The notes beneath the pieces are model-generated. The model was given only the letters and a program-made list of their open reading frames with translations. It was not told where the DNA came from and searched no databases. Source: an uncultured candidate division WWE3 bacterium (lineage in GTDB: Bacteria; Patescibacteriota; WWE3; UBA101185; UBA10185). Taken from it: a DNA stretch of 64,000 nucleotides. The translations under genes were made by a program, and so were the position numbers. The first letter of the stretch is position 1; each line of letters opens with the position of its first letter. The stretch is taken from the NCBI GenBank assembly GCA_963765125.1, contig CAVXUZ010000004.1, positions 64,792-128,791 of the forward strand. The letters are read 5' to 3'. Below, in pieces: positions 1 to 9,922 of the stretch.

Positions 1-17
1 CGTACAAGGAGTAGCAG

Positions 18-563
18 ATGGAAAATAACAACAATGCGGGGTACATAATAAGATCCTTTGCAGCAATTACTGATTTTCTTCTTGCTGCATACCCACTCAC
101 AGTTATTTTACTAGCTTCATCGTCAGTCTACTTTTTCGACGTTGGCACCAACACTGCTTTTTTTATTTTTTGTTGTGTCTTTTTATCGCTTATTTTTCTG
201 CTAGCGCCACTAACTATTTTATACACAACCTTCTTCACATCAAAATTTGGGGGCACCATAGGAAAATTAATTTTTGGTCTAAAAATTGTAAATAAAGAAA
301 CCGGTGTGTTACTAGACAGAAAGCAGGCATTCTACAGACTCATTTTAGGTTACGCTTTTTCAAATGAATTTTTTGGCCTAGGATATCTTAAAGTTATTAA
401 AAGCAAAGACAAGCTAGCGTGGCACGATGAGCTATTTGAAACGAAGGTAACAAAAAGTCGAGACTTTGTAACCGGTTTGGTTGCATCAATTTTGGTAATT
501 TTGGTTGGATGGGTAATCTTAGTAATGACAGCATCCTACGTAATTAGCCTTATTAATCTCTAA
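18..563 (+). CDS. RDD-family integral membrane protein (divergent)
   Basis: Multi-TM ORF with AWHDE motif near the C-terminal third, typical of RDD family proteins. aggag RBS just upstream of the ATG. Confidence 0.45.
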   Translation: MENNNNAGYIIRSFAAITDFLLAAYPLTVILLASSSVYFFDVGTNTAFFIFCCVFLSLIFLLAPLTILYTTFFTSKFGGTIGKLIFGLKIVNKETGVLLDRKQAFYRLILGYAFSNEFFGLGYLKVIKSKDKLAWHDELFETKVTKSRDFVTGLVASILVILVGWVILVMTASYVISLINL

Positions 564-579
564 TGCAAGTTTTATAGAA

Positions 580-1050
580 CTATTGGTTTTTTATAACTAA
601 GCTGTTTGCTAACTTGTCATGCCAAGTTTGTTTATTTTTATCCCAAAGCATCCAAAAGAAACCAAGAGATAAAGCGGCGTTAGATAACCATTTTCCCACT
701 GTCTCTCTTAAAATAGCTCTACCTATTGTTAAATTCGCCCCAGTCTCAACATCTTGAACCCTTATCTTCATAATGCTTTTACCTAATGAAGCACCCAGGT
801 TATGTGTGGTTGCAATCATATATATGTAAAAACCTATACCTAATAAAGGATTTGCATAATCTGGGTTGATCTTGAGCATAAACACAAAAGTCGACCCGGC
901 GACAATGAGTAAACAATCTATCATAAGCGCCGCAAACCTCCTCATAAATCCAGCGTATGGGAGTGGCTGTAAAAATTCCCCTTGTGGCGCGACTGGTTTG
1001 ATTTCGCTTGCTGGCAATCGTTGATTAATATTTTGTTCGTTAGTATCCAT
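580..1050 (-). CDS. RDD-family integral membrane protein
   Basis: RRFAALMID near the first TM and a TWHDKLANSLVIK C-terminal motif (conserved R-D-D pattern). Convergent with the previous ORF. Confidence 0.5.
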   Translation of the reverse strand: MDTNEQNINQRLPASEIKPVAPQGEFLQPLPYAGFMRRFAALMIDCLLIVAGSTFVFMLKINPDYANPLLGIGFYIYMIATTHNLGASLGKSIMKIRVQDVETGANLTIGRAILRETVGKWLSNAALSLGFFWMLWDKNKQTWHDKLANSLVIKNQ

Positions 1051-1153
1051 AAATAAATCCTTTTCTAAATTTGATGCATTAATATTCGCACACTTTGGTA
1101 CACATTTAAACGGATGTGTGAAAACGATGTTTTAGTGTAAAATACAGGTGCGT

Positions 1154-1230
1154 CGGGGTGTGGCGCAGTTGGCTAGCGCGTACGCATGGGGTGCGTAAGG
1201 CCGCAGGTTCAAGTCCTGTCACCCCGACCA
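1154..1230 (+). tRNA. tRNA-Pro (anticodon GGG)
   Basis: Manual cloverleaf: acceptor CGGGGTG/CACCCCG, D-arm GCGC-AGTTGGCTA-GCGC, anticodon stem TACGC/GCGTA with loop ATGGGGT (U33, GGG, G37), T-arm GCAGG-TTCAAGT-CCTGT, 3' ACCA. Confidence 0.85.
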
Positions 1231-1284
1231 ACAAAAAAATAAACCCAGACATTTATTAATGGCTGGGTCTAAATTATTTTCTTT

Positions 1285-1548
1285 TTAACTACTGGTTAAA
1301 TCTTTAAGTGTTCGCATACCCTTTGGTGTTATTTCTACGATATTATTACCCAGTTTAAGCAATCGCCTTTTCCTTAACAAACTTATAAACTCAATGGTTT
1401 TACGTACCCTTACATGCTCTTTACCAGATGTAAATATTGATTGACGAGCGAACGAATGGAGTCTGCTCGAACTTATTCTCCCTCCACTTTGTTTGATTCT
1501 CAATAAAAGAGTTTTCACGCAAAAGGTTTCTTCCGTAGAACTATCCAT
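1285..1548 (-). CDS. small basic hypothetical protein, possible winged-helix DNA-binding
   Basis: 87-aa ORF rich in R/K, with no recognisable catalytic motif. Lies immediately downstream of tRNA-Pro, with a shared hairpin at 1239-1270. Confidence 0.3.
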   Translation of the reverse strand: MDSSTEETFCVKTLLLRIKQSGGRISSSRLHSFARQSIFTSGKEHVRVRKTIEFISLLRKRRLLKLGNNIVEITPKGMRTLKDLTSS

Positions 1549-1618
1549 TAGTCACTCTCCTTATGTATTTGTGGGTATTATAGCCGTTAAAACTGATTAT
1601 GCAATTACTGCCTACAGC

Positions 1619-2653
1619 TTACTGTTTGTAGTTTCTATCAATCTCATCGTAAACTTCTTTTGAGATTTTTGAAATTACACTCTCAAGCTTATCTACATCA
1701 CTGCCTTTTGTCATAATACATAGCATATACGGGTGTTGTGGATAGTAGATAATTCCGCAGTCGTGAAGGCTATAGTCTTCTTTTGAGGGGTTAGAATATA
1801 TTCCAAACTTATGTGCTACTTCAACTGTTTCAGGAACACCGGGCCTTAACCCACTAGAAATTTTTGTCTTACTTAACAGTCCCAGCGCATACTCTGAGGT
1901 GGCTCTACCTAAGTAAGATGCGTTATAGAGAATTCTAAACATTGCGGAGTACTGTTTTGGAGAAAGTATATACCTTCCTTCGTCTGTTAATGTGTATTCT
2001 AGACCTAATCTTTTATATACTTCTTGAAATTCTTCGGCTGTAATAACTTTATGTAGTACACCGTATGATGGATTATCGGAGTAGACAATCATTCTTCTTA
2101 AAACCTCGTCGAGTGTATACTCTTTTCCTTCTTCTAACGGCTCGTCTGTAATGTATTTATCTGGCAAAGGTATATTAATATATTCGGAAGTTACCATATA
2201 AAGAATTTTCTTCTGCATAAGTGTTGAATCTTTTTCAACGTGCTCAAGAAATGCAATCATCATGGGAATCTTTATAAGGCTGGCTAGATCGTACTCTTCT
2301 TTTTCATTTATCCCCCACCAAGGTCCGTTGTTTAAATCTCGGTAGTAAACTGAAATCTTTTCTGCCTCGCCATTTGACTGAAGCTCGCTAGTAAGTTTTT
2401 CAACTTCCTGTTTGAAATATACTAACCTCTTATTTTCTAATTCGTTTCCTAGCTCGCACTCAAGTAATGGGTTGATGTATTTATAACTAAGTGTGTCTCT
2501 ACTTTCAAACATAGACGTCTCATCTCTTGTAAGAATACTATCAATGATGGGAATCGCTTTTTCGCCATTTGACGCTACAAACAGCCCAAGAAAAAACGCT
2601 AATACTATTAATAGAGCGACGATTACAAAATTAGCAATAACTTTTCTGTTCAC
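1619..2653 (-). CDS. membrane-anchored class A beta-lactamase-like serine hydrolase
   Basis: N-terminal TM anchor, S-L-I-K (SxxK) motif, a downstream YSDNPS (SDN loop), and an HKFG element resembling the KTG box. Confidence 0.5.
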   Translation of the reverse strand: MNRKVIANFVIVALLIVLAFFLGLFVASNGEKAIPIIDSILTRDETSMFESRDTLSYKYINPLLECELGNELENKRLVYFKQEVEKLTSELQSNGEAEKISVYYRDLNNGPWWGINEKEEYDLASLIKIPMMIAFLEHVEKDSTLMQKKILYMVTSEYINIPLPDKYITDEPLEEGKEYTLDEVLRRMIVYSDNPSYGVLHKVITAEEFQEVYKRLGLEYTLTDEGRYILSPKQYSAMFRILYNASYLGRATSEYALGLLSKTKISSGLRPGVPETVEVAHKFGIYSNPSKEDYSLHDCGIIYYPQHPYMLCIMTKGSDVDKLESVISKISKEVYDEIDRNYKQ

Positions 2654-2767
2654 GCAGTTATTATATACTAAGCGGTTTAGATATATACATAGGTGTAATA
2701 TGCGTTAGGTACAACTATACAACGTAGTTTTTCATCCAATTTAAAAAATCGATGTTTGTTCTACAGG

Positions 2768-3466
2768 CTAGTCGTCAAATGAATCTGATCTTTCCTCCCT
2801 CATCACCACACCTTTTTTAACAAAATCCATAAGTGTGCTGTAGTACTGAGCGTCGTTTCTAAAGTTTACAAGTGCAGTTTCTACTTCTGGCAACATCGAT
2901 AACGCTGAACTATATTTTTCCTGATTAATACTAAATACTTTTACTTTTCCTAAAAATTTCTTTTCTTCGGTAGTGGTTAAAAATCCTTTTTGGGCTAGGC
3001 TGTCTTTAGAAATAGCAATCATATGACCAGATGGTAAATTTTCATCAGCGGATAAAAGATTATAAACTGCGTATTCTAATTTTGTATTGTTTTTAATATT
3101 GGCTAAAAGATTATGTTCAATCCCTGTAATTTCTGCCGAAGCGTCTTTTAGTTTATTTACTATTACATCCTTACCATTAAACAAAATCATTTTCTTAACA
3201 TCTTTAATTTCTATTGATATATATCCATATTTCTTTAAATATTCAAACGCCGCAGCTATCATGAAGTAACCCAAGGTTTTTGCAGGATATTTTTCACCTG
3301 ATGGGTGAGACTCCTGATTAACAAATTTGGCTCTTTCAGAAACAAATTTTTCAGCAAAAAGATATACGATTTCAGAATATGTAAGTTTTGTATTTTCCAT
3401 AATAGAATTATAAACCATTTTTAAAGCCACAATTAGTGGTGCTATACTGAAAATATGAAAAATCAA
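2768..3466 (-). CDS. hypothetical protein
   Basis: 232-aa ORF with no recognisable motif. The start may be at an internal Met. Confidence 0.35.
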   Translation of the reverse strand: MIFHIFSIAPLIVALKMVYNSIMENTKLTYSEIVYLFAEKFVSERAKFVNQESHPSGEKYPAKTLGYFMIAAAFEYLKKYGYISIEIKDVKKMILFNGKDVIVNKLKDASAEITGIEHNLLANIKNNTKLEYAVYNLLSADENLPSGHMIAISKDSLAQKGFLTTTEEKKFLGKVKVFSINQEKYSSALSMLPEVETALVNFRNDAQYYSTLMDFVKKGVVMREERSDSFDD

Positions 3467-3994
3467 GCGTTTATGATTATCCTTGCTGTTCTAATATTAT
3501 TCGGGGGTGTAGCTTTCATAATTTACGGACAAAAACCAACAGGTACAGAGATTGCGACTAGTATAAAAAATGAAGAGCCACAACAAGCAACTGCCACAAA
3601 AGAAACAATAGAAGAAACAGCAGAGATTATGCCCTTGAGAGAAGAGGATATTATTAGAAGATTTTTTGAACATATTAACGAGAATCGTATTCCAGAAGCA
3701 ATAAAAATGATGAGCACCACTATGGCACCCGACGATTCTACAAAACAAGCGTGGGGTGTTCAGTTTAATGACATTGAAAAAATTGGGATGCTAGGTATTA
3801 CACCAAGTTCTGAAGATAGTTGGCTTGATGATTATCACCAATACAAAGTAACTCTAAACGTTGATGTAAATGAATCAGCAAAAGATTTACCGATACCTTA
3901 CTATGGATGGGAAGACAGCCCAAATGTCAGATGGGTTAGTATCGTAAAAGAAAATTATTTGTGGAAAATAAGCGAAATTGCAACTGGACAATAA
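3455..3994 (+). CDS. membrane-anchored or secreted hypothetical protein
   Basis: N-terminal hydrophobic helix (ILAVLILFGGVAFIIYG) followed by a soluble domain. Confidence 0.45.
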   Translation: MKNQAFMIILAVLILFGGVAFIIYGQKPTGTEIATSIKNEEPQQATATKETIEETAEIMPLREEDIIRRFFEHINENRIPEAIKMMSTTMAPDDSTKQAWGVQFNDIEKIGMLGITPSSEDSWLDDYHQYKVTLNVDVNESAKDLPIPYYGWEDSPNVRWVSIVKENYLWKISEIATGQ

Positions 3995-4001
3995 CTAACC
4001 A

Positions 4002-5471
4002 ATGAAAACAAAGAAATTTACTATTCTTCATTCAAATGATATGCACGGAGATTTTCTCGCCGAAAACTCTACAGAAAAAAATAAATTAGTTGGTGGGCTT
4101 TCACTTTTATCTGGTTATATAAATAAAGTTAGAAAAGAGGAAGAAAATGTTCTCTATCTAATCGCGGGTGATATGCTTCAGGGATCTTTAATAGACTCTG
4201 AATATAAGGGACTTTCGACTATCGAAATAATGAATTATCTTGCTCCGGATGTTGTCACGCTGGGAAATCACGAGATAGACTACGGTCTTCCGCATTTGTT
4301 GTTTTTAGAGAAACTCGCAAATTTCCCAATAGTTAACGCCAACCTATACATTAAAAAATATAATAAACGATTAATGCACCCGCATTTAATTCTGAAAAAA
4401 GCAGGTTTTGATATTTTATTTACAGGAATACTCACCGATAAAGTTATAGATTCATTAAAAATGGATAAACTTGTTGGGAGCTTTGTTTCAATTGAAGACG
4501 CGGCAAAAGAAGTTGGAAAAATTTGCAACACATACAAAAATGACGATATTGATTTAACTATTTTATTAACTCACATTGGATATGAATCAGATCTGGAACT
4601 TGCTGGAATGTTAAAACCAGAGTGGGGTGTAGACATGATTATTGGTGGACACTCGCACACAATATTGAATAAACCAGCAAAAGTGAACAATGTGCTCGTT
4701 GCACAAGCAGGGGTGGGAACAAATCAAATAGGACGCTTTGATATTACTGTTGATGATGAAACTAACGCAATAATTGATTACAAATGGCAATTGATAGAAA
4801 TAAACAATGAAATTGCTGAACCTGATAAAAATTTAGAGAAGTTTATTGATTCATTTAAAAGCGAGGTTGATAGAAAATACAGCACCATAGTCACTAAATT
4901 AGCCGTCGAAGCAACTCATCCTAAACGTGAAATCGAAACGTCACTAGGAAACCTTTTTGCCGATGCCCTCGCAGATGCTTCTGAGTGTGACATAGTTTTA
5001 ATCGGCAGTGGCTCAATCAGAACAAAACAATTAGGTCCTATTGTTACGTTAAAAGATTACTTAAGCTGTTTTCCATACGACGATACTTTAACTAAATTTT
5101 TTATAAACGGAGAGACAGTGAAGAAAGTATTTTCTCATTTTATGAGAATAGAAAATCGTGATGGTGAGGGCGAATGCTACCAAATAAATAGTAAGATCTG
5201 TGCAACTTACGATGATAAAAATAAAAAGCTTGAAAGTCTTCTATTCGATGGAAAACCTATCGAAAGTAAAAAAATATATTCTTTCTGCATTCAGGGATAT
5301 CATTTTGCAAACTGCACTGCATATTTAAACGTTACTGCTGACGAGCTACAAAAAAATCAATGCTCAAAATTAGTGTCTACTTCTATTCAAGATATTTTAG
5401 AAGAATATTTGCGCAATCATCAAAATCTCAAACCACAAGTGACGGGGCGTTTAATATATAAACAACTTTAA
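4002..5471 (+). CDS. bifunctional metallophosphatase / 5'-nucleotidase (UshA/CpdB-like)
   Basis: Calcineurin-like metallophosphoesterase motifs HSNDMHG, GDMLQG, GNHEIDYG and GGHSHT, with a C-terminal 5'-nucleotidase-like domain. Confidence 0.8.
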   Translation: MKTKKFTILHSNDMHGDFLAENSTEKNKLVGGLSLLSGYINKVRKEEENVLYLIAGDMLQGSLIDSEYKGLSTIEIMNYLAPDVVTLGNHEIDYGLPHLLFLEKLANFPIVNANLYIKKYNKRLMHPHLILKKAGFDILFTGILTDKVIDSLKMDKLVGSFVSIEDAAKEVGKICNTYKNDDIDLTILLTHIGYESDLELAGMLKPEWGVDMIIGGHSHTILNKPAKVNNVLVAQAGVGTNQIGRFDITVDDETNAIIDYKWQLIEINNEIAEPDKNLEKFIDSFKSEVDRKYSTIVTKLAVEATHPKREIETSLGNLFADALADASECDIVLIGSGSIRTKQLGPIVTLKDYLSCFPYDDTLTKFFINGETVKKVFSHFMRIENRDGEGECYQINSKICATYDDKNKKLESLLFDGKPIESKKIYSFCIQGYHFANCTAYLNVTADELQKNQCSKLVSTSIQDILEEYLRNHQNLKPQVTGRLIYKQL

Positions 5472-8400
5472 TTAATATTTAAACCGTCAATATTCACACC
5501 CTCAGATTCGAATATTCCACAGTCAATAAAAAGCCAGTTTGCGCCGTTGTTACCGCCATCAGTTGAGCTTGCAGCTTTGATTGTTGCAGAGCCTGCTTGG
5601 TAAGAAACGGAGACGTCAATAATTCTAAAAGCACCCGCGCCAGACCAGAATCTTTGCGCTGCGGCAGTTGAGGCAATTACTATATCTTTTGTATCTCCAC
5701 AAGAGGCGCCATTTGAATTTAGTGTAATTTCGCCATAATCGTTAACAACAGCACCTCCAAGTGTGAGATCACCTGTTGAATTATTAGTGTATCTACCATA
5801 ATCATATAGTTGAAGGGAGGTTGTTGCTCCTTCAAGTTGAACACTATCCGTCGTTTGAACAAACTCACCTGAGGTAATTGTTAACGTGTTTGTTACTCTC
5901 AGGTCATCTGGGGACAAAGTTACAACGTCTCCTCCATTTCCTTTATTAATTACTAAGTTATAAAAATTTTCATTTGTACAGGTTGCCGCACTAGCACATC
6001 CGGTGTCTAGTGTTGCGTCACCACCCGTATCTAAATATACTGTCCTTGTTCCTTCTGTGAATGTATCGTTGTTTGTCCAATCACCGCCAACATAGATATC
6101 AAATCCATTAGAATTTAGTGTTCCGCCTGTAATTGTAATGTCGTTATCAACATCCAAATCAGTTGCTATTTGGTAAGTTGCTCCCCCACCAGAATCATTT
6201 AAAGTAAGATTGTAAAACGCTTCGGTTGTTCCTGGTCCGTCGGCGTCAATTGTGTAAGTTGAAGCGCCTGAGCCATCTAGTAAAACCGTGCCAGCTTGAG
6301 CTTCAAACTGGTCGTCGTTATCCCAGTTACCGTGCACTATAATTTGATTGCTTTCACCAGATTTTGTATCTAAAAGTCCTCCAGCTATGGTTAGGTTATT
6401 TCTTACTACTAATGCGTCCTCGATTTCAACTGTTAAAGACCCACCACCGTCATTGATAGTAAGATTATATAAATCCCCTGTTCCATCAGTTATTAGATCT
6501 TCTGTTCCACCGGTTCCATCAAACGTCAGCGTCGAAGTTGCAGGGCTCAGAGTTCCTCCTGTATCCAGCTTAAATGTACCGTCTATGTTAATTGTCTCTG
6601 AACCAGTTGAAGTCCAAGTCCCGTCTATTTCGATGTCATGCCCATCAACATTTCCTCCCGGAGTAAACGATTCGCTAGACCGCACAAATAATTCGTTTCC
6701 GTATTCGACACTTAACGTGTCTGTTGCTGCGTCTTCTGCATCAAAAAGTAAATCGGTCGCATTTTGATCGTTGTCATAAGAATCCATATCAACAATAGCT
6801 AATGCGCTTGATTGCTCATTTTGTAAAACTACGTGGCTTTGATAAAGCTTAACGCCAGTAATGTCGGCAGTTGCAACAGTTGCCTTAGTTACAACGTTAC
6901 CGTGCACAGTTGCGTGGTCGACAAATAAGGTAAGTTGGTCACCGTTCTGTGCGGTAACTTTGCTAATGATAAATGCCCCGCTACCGTCTGTTGTATTACA
7001 GTGGTCACTATCCTGTGTTGCGTTTTTTGCTAAACACACAGAGTACGAACTCAAACGTGAAGCTTCATTGTCGTCTGTATAAGCATTACCTGAAACATTC
7101 ACAAATGAGAGCCCCATTGACACAGCAACAAGTACTCGTTCGTGAAAATCTGCAGCAACTTGATCGGTTGCGGCATCTAAATCAATGTCAACTGAGCTTG
7201 TACCAAAAGTTTCCAGAGATGCTCTATTGAGAAGGTAGTCGTCGTTTGAGTCTTCGTGGTACATACCCTCAGTAGTGTCGTCAAACCCACTAGGAACATT
7301 TGTACCGTCAACCTGCACTCTTATTCTCATATCTTCTCCGACTGTGCCACCGCCTCCCTCGGCCAAGGCTTGACCAAGTATCAAAAACTCCCCCGCGCTC
7401 TGTGGTGCAAAAGGCGTGATAGCTTGAATTTCATTGAATGCGGTATTTGCTGTGTTGTACTCCGCCGCAGTTAACCCATACTCAAAGTCTTCAAATATGG
7501 TTGACGGAAAAGCAATAATCGAACTAAATTCATGATCGAATGAATCCGTTGAGGCATCTGAGTTTTGCAACCTAACATCATATGTATGTGCGCTAGTATC
7601 AGCTTGCGTAAACACATAAATACTACCGCCACCATATCTATCTAACGCATCTTCGGATTCGTGCCTACTGTTGTTAACGGTTGCACCTGTGTCTTGTCTT
7701 AGTCCGTGTATTAACGCATCAGAACCAACTCCATTGACTGCGTCCGCCCTAAAACTATCTAATATAAGTATTTGAGTCTGCCAATCTGGATCACTGGCAG
7801 GAGTGGTTATTGTTGCAAAAGTACTAGGACTACCGTTTGCAGGGATATCACTTGTACTTGTGTCATCATCGTAAACATAGTCTTCGCCGTGCGTGAGATC
7901 GTCAAGACCAATTATGTTCATTGAAAATTTTTGTACCCTCGGGGCTGTAGAGCCTGCTGTATTATATGCTTTTTCTAACCTAAAACCCTGCCCAGCTGTC
8001 TTTGTTACACGTATCACTATTCTCTGAATTTCATTTCTGTCATCTGCGGTTCTGGGCTCTTTAATAATGGTTGTGTTTGGAACTGCGGTTCCTGCCGTTG
8101 TAGAAAGTCTTACGCTATATACTGCGTTAGCATTATTACCATCAAAATTAATGTCAGCTAATATCAGTACCGTCTCTGTGTCAGAAAACCCTGCAGAATC
8201 TAAAGTAGCATCTGAGATAGTTGTGTCTTCAACTTCTTCAAATGTATCAATTGCGGAACCGGCATCAACATCGTCAGTCTCTAAAGACACTGACGCGTGC
8301 GGCAATTCGCTCACAAAATCGACTGCGATTTGCCACTGTCGTAGTTCTTTAAATTCAGCTATCTGCAACTCCCCTATGCTAAAAAAGTTAGGGCTTTTAT

Positions 8401-9793
8401 TTGGTGCGTCGTACCAGTATCCAAAATAGTATGTGTTTCCTTTTTCAAAGTTCACATTCCATTTTATTGATTTATAGAGATCGTGTTCGGACAACGTCTC
8501 CATTTTTTGAACAGACGGTGAGTTTATAAATTTTTCTCCTACTGTGTCTGCATTCGAAATAAATCTAACTGTATCAGTTGATGAAAGATCAAATATTTTA
8601 AAGTCTCGAGGTACCCACTCTGATACGTCACCTGTGTAGTTGACGTTTGCCTTGACGGCAAAAATTACCGGATACTTTTCTCTAGGGAATATTCTTGTCG
8701 AGGTTATTCGCTCAACATCAAAATCAATACTTTCTACAACCTCAAAATAATCGGTCATCTCTTTATCACCGTTTTCTGTTGAGGTTTTTAATTTCATTTC
8801 GTACCTACCTAACCCTTGCTCAATGAGATATGAGGTTTCGTAGTCAGGTTCGAAAATAAATTGTTTCTTACGGCATCCGTCATTAACTATTATGTCACCG
8901 TCAGCGCTAGTCAAATCAACCATGTTTCCTTGGGGGTTAGTAATCTCTAAAATTACTGCGGCATCGCATACCATATCTCCCCTTTCATTAAGTACAGCAA
9001 TTTGTATTTTTGCCGTATCGCCAGGTAAATAGACGCTTTTATTTGTGTTAATTGCCAGAACTCCCCATTCAAAGTCTTGTTCGTGTACAAATGATTTTTT
9101 GCCTCCGTCAAGTTCAACGTGCAGTTTATAAGCACCGGGCCTTAATTCATATTTAAACGGATCGCCAGTTATTTGATAGGTTGTCGGAGAAACTTTATTA
9201 ATTTCTAAAGGCAAACCAATAACTTGAGCTGTTTGTGAATCTAATAAATCTGCTTTAATAGTTACATTTCCGTCTTGTAATACACCAGTTTGTTGAGCAA
9301 ATACATCAGCCACCAGTTTGTTATAAGTTACTTCGTTGGGATCTTTTTCTAATTCGACTTTAAACTCAAGCATATCTTTATTTGAATAAACGTCTTTACC
9401 AACTATAACTGCGTTTTCCAGCAATTCTTCAATTCGAGAAAATTTACTGTTTGCTGAAAGTCCGATAAATACCAGCGCTGTCATTGCGGCACAGATTACA
9501 CCGAGCATAATTATTTTTATTTTTTCCATTCTCAGATACTGTTGCTGAAAAGGTGTAGGTATTTCGTTTACATAAATTTCTTTAGCATTGTAGATCTGTG
9601 TAAGTGTTTGAATTTGCTCAAGTTTATTATAATTTTGTTGGTGATTAACCTGCTGTAAAGAAACCTCATTAGATGTGGTAGGATGTATTAGTTGTGGCTG
9701 TTCGTTAAGGTTTTGAGGCACAGACAACTCCCCCTCTACAAAAGGTGTGTCTTGAATTGCTTCTACATCAAATAGTGATTTAATTTTTTCCAT
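5468..9793 (-). CDS. giant membrane-anchored beta-helix surface protein (paralog A)
   Basis: 1441 aa with an N-terminal TM (IIMLGVICAAMTALVFIGL). Repeated NLTxND/TITGG right-handed beta-helix-like motifs. Collinear homology along its whole length with the ORF at 20016-25052, including near-identical C-terminal ends. An alternative start lies at the second MEKIK (9529). Confidence 0.7.
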   Translation of the reverse strand: MEKIKSLFDVEAIQDTPFVEGELSVPQNLNEQPQLIHPTTSNEVSLQQVNHQQNYNKLEQIQTLTQIYNAKEIYVNEIPTPFQQQYLRMEKIKIIMLGVICAAMTALVFIGLSANSKFSRIEELLENAVIVGKDVYSNKDMLEFKVELEKDPNEVTYNKLVADVFAQQTGVLQDGNVTIKADLLDSQTAQVIGLPLEINKVSPTTYQITGDPFKYELRPGAYKLHVELDGGKKSFVHEQDFEWGVLAINTNKSVYLPGDTAKIQIAVLNERGDMVCDAAVILEITNPQGNMVDLTSADGDIIVNDGCRKKQFIFEPDYETSYLIEQGLGRYEMKLKTSTENGDKEMTDYFEVVESIDFDVERITSTRIFPREKYPVIFAVKANVNYTGDVSEWVPRDFKIFDLSSTDTVRFISNADTVGEKFINSPSVQKMETLSEHDLYKSIKWNVNFEKGNTYYFGYWYDAPNKSPNFFSIGELQIAEFKELRQWQIAVDFVSELPHASVSLETDDVDAGSAIDTFEEVEDTTISDATLDSAGFSDTETVLILADINFDGNNANAVYSVRLSTTAGTAVPNTTIIKEPRTADDRNEIQRIVIRVTKTAGQGFRLEKAYNTAGSTAPRVQKFSMNIIGLDDLTHGEDYVYDDDTSTSDIPANGSPSTFATITTPASDPDWQTQILILDSFRADAVNGVGSDALIHGLRQDTGATVNNSRHESEDALDRYGGGSIYVFTQADTSAHTYDVRLQNSDASTDSFDHEFSSIIAFPSTIFEDFEYGLTAAEYNTANTAFNEIQAITPFAPQSAGEFLILGQALAEGGGGTVGEDMRIRVQVDGTNVPSGFDDTTEGMYHEDSNDDYLLNRASLETFGTSSVDIDLDAATDQVAADFHERVLVAVSMGLSFVNVSGNAYTDDNEASRLSSYSVCLAKNATQDSDHCNTTDGSGAFIISKVTAQNGDQLTLFVDHATVHGNVVTKATVATADITGVKLYQSHVVLQNEQSSALAIVDMDSYDNDQNATDLLFDAEDAATDTLSVEYGNELFVRSSESFTPGGNVDGHDIEIDGTWTSTGSETINIDGTFKLDTGGTLSPATSTLTFDGTGGTEDLITDGTGDLYNLTINDGGGSLTVEIEDALVVRNNLTIAGGLLDTKSGESNQIIVHGNWDNDDQFEAQAGTVLLDGSGASTYTIDADGPGTTEAFYNLTLNDSGGGATYQIATDLDVDNDITITGGTLNSNGFDIYVGGDWTNNDTFTEGTRTVYLDTGGDATLDTGCASAATCTNENFYNLVINKGNGGDVVTLSPDDLRVTNTLTITSGEFVQTTDSVQLEGATTSLQLYDYGRYTNNSTGDLTLGGAVVNDYGEITLNSNGASCGDTKDIVIASTAAAQRFWSGAGAFRIIDVSVSYQAGSATIKAASSTDGGNNGANWLFIDCGIFESEGVNIDGLNIN

Positions 9794-9922
9794 TTATTTA
9801 ACTTTTTTAATTGTATTGTATTGATTACTACAATTAAAGGTCTTTTGTGTTGTATTTACAGTGTTTTTGCTGGTAGCGAGTTGTTGCCTTTAAAATGCTT
9901 AGGGTATACTAATAGCATTGTT
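9794..9922. promoter_or_regulatory. AT-rich divergent intergenic region (probable divergent promoters)
   Basis: 130-bp AT-rich gap between the start of the minus-strand giant gene and the MKQS start of the plus-strand repeat protein. Confidence 0.3.

Noticed and set aside
6348-8429. Several 70-140-aa plus-strand ORFs inside giant gene A, with similar minus-strand ORFs inside giant gene B (21740-23251)
   Set aside because: They are antisense to long, motif-rich, paralog-supported coding sequence and read as low-complexity P/S/V-rich peptides.
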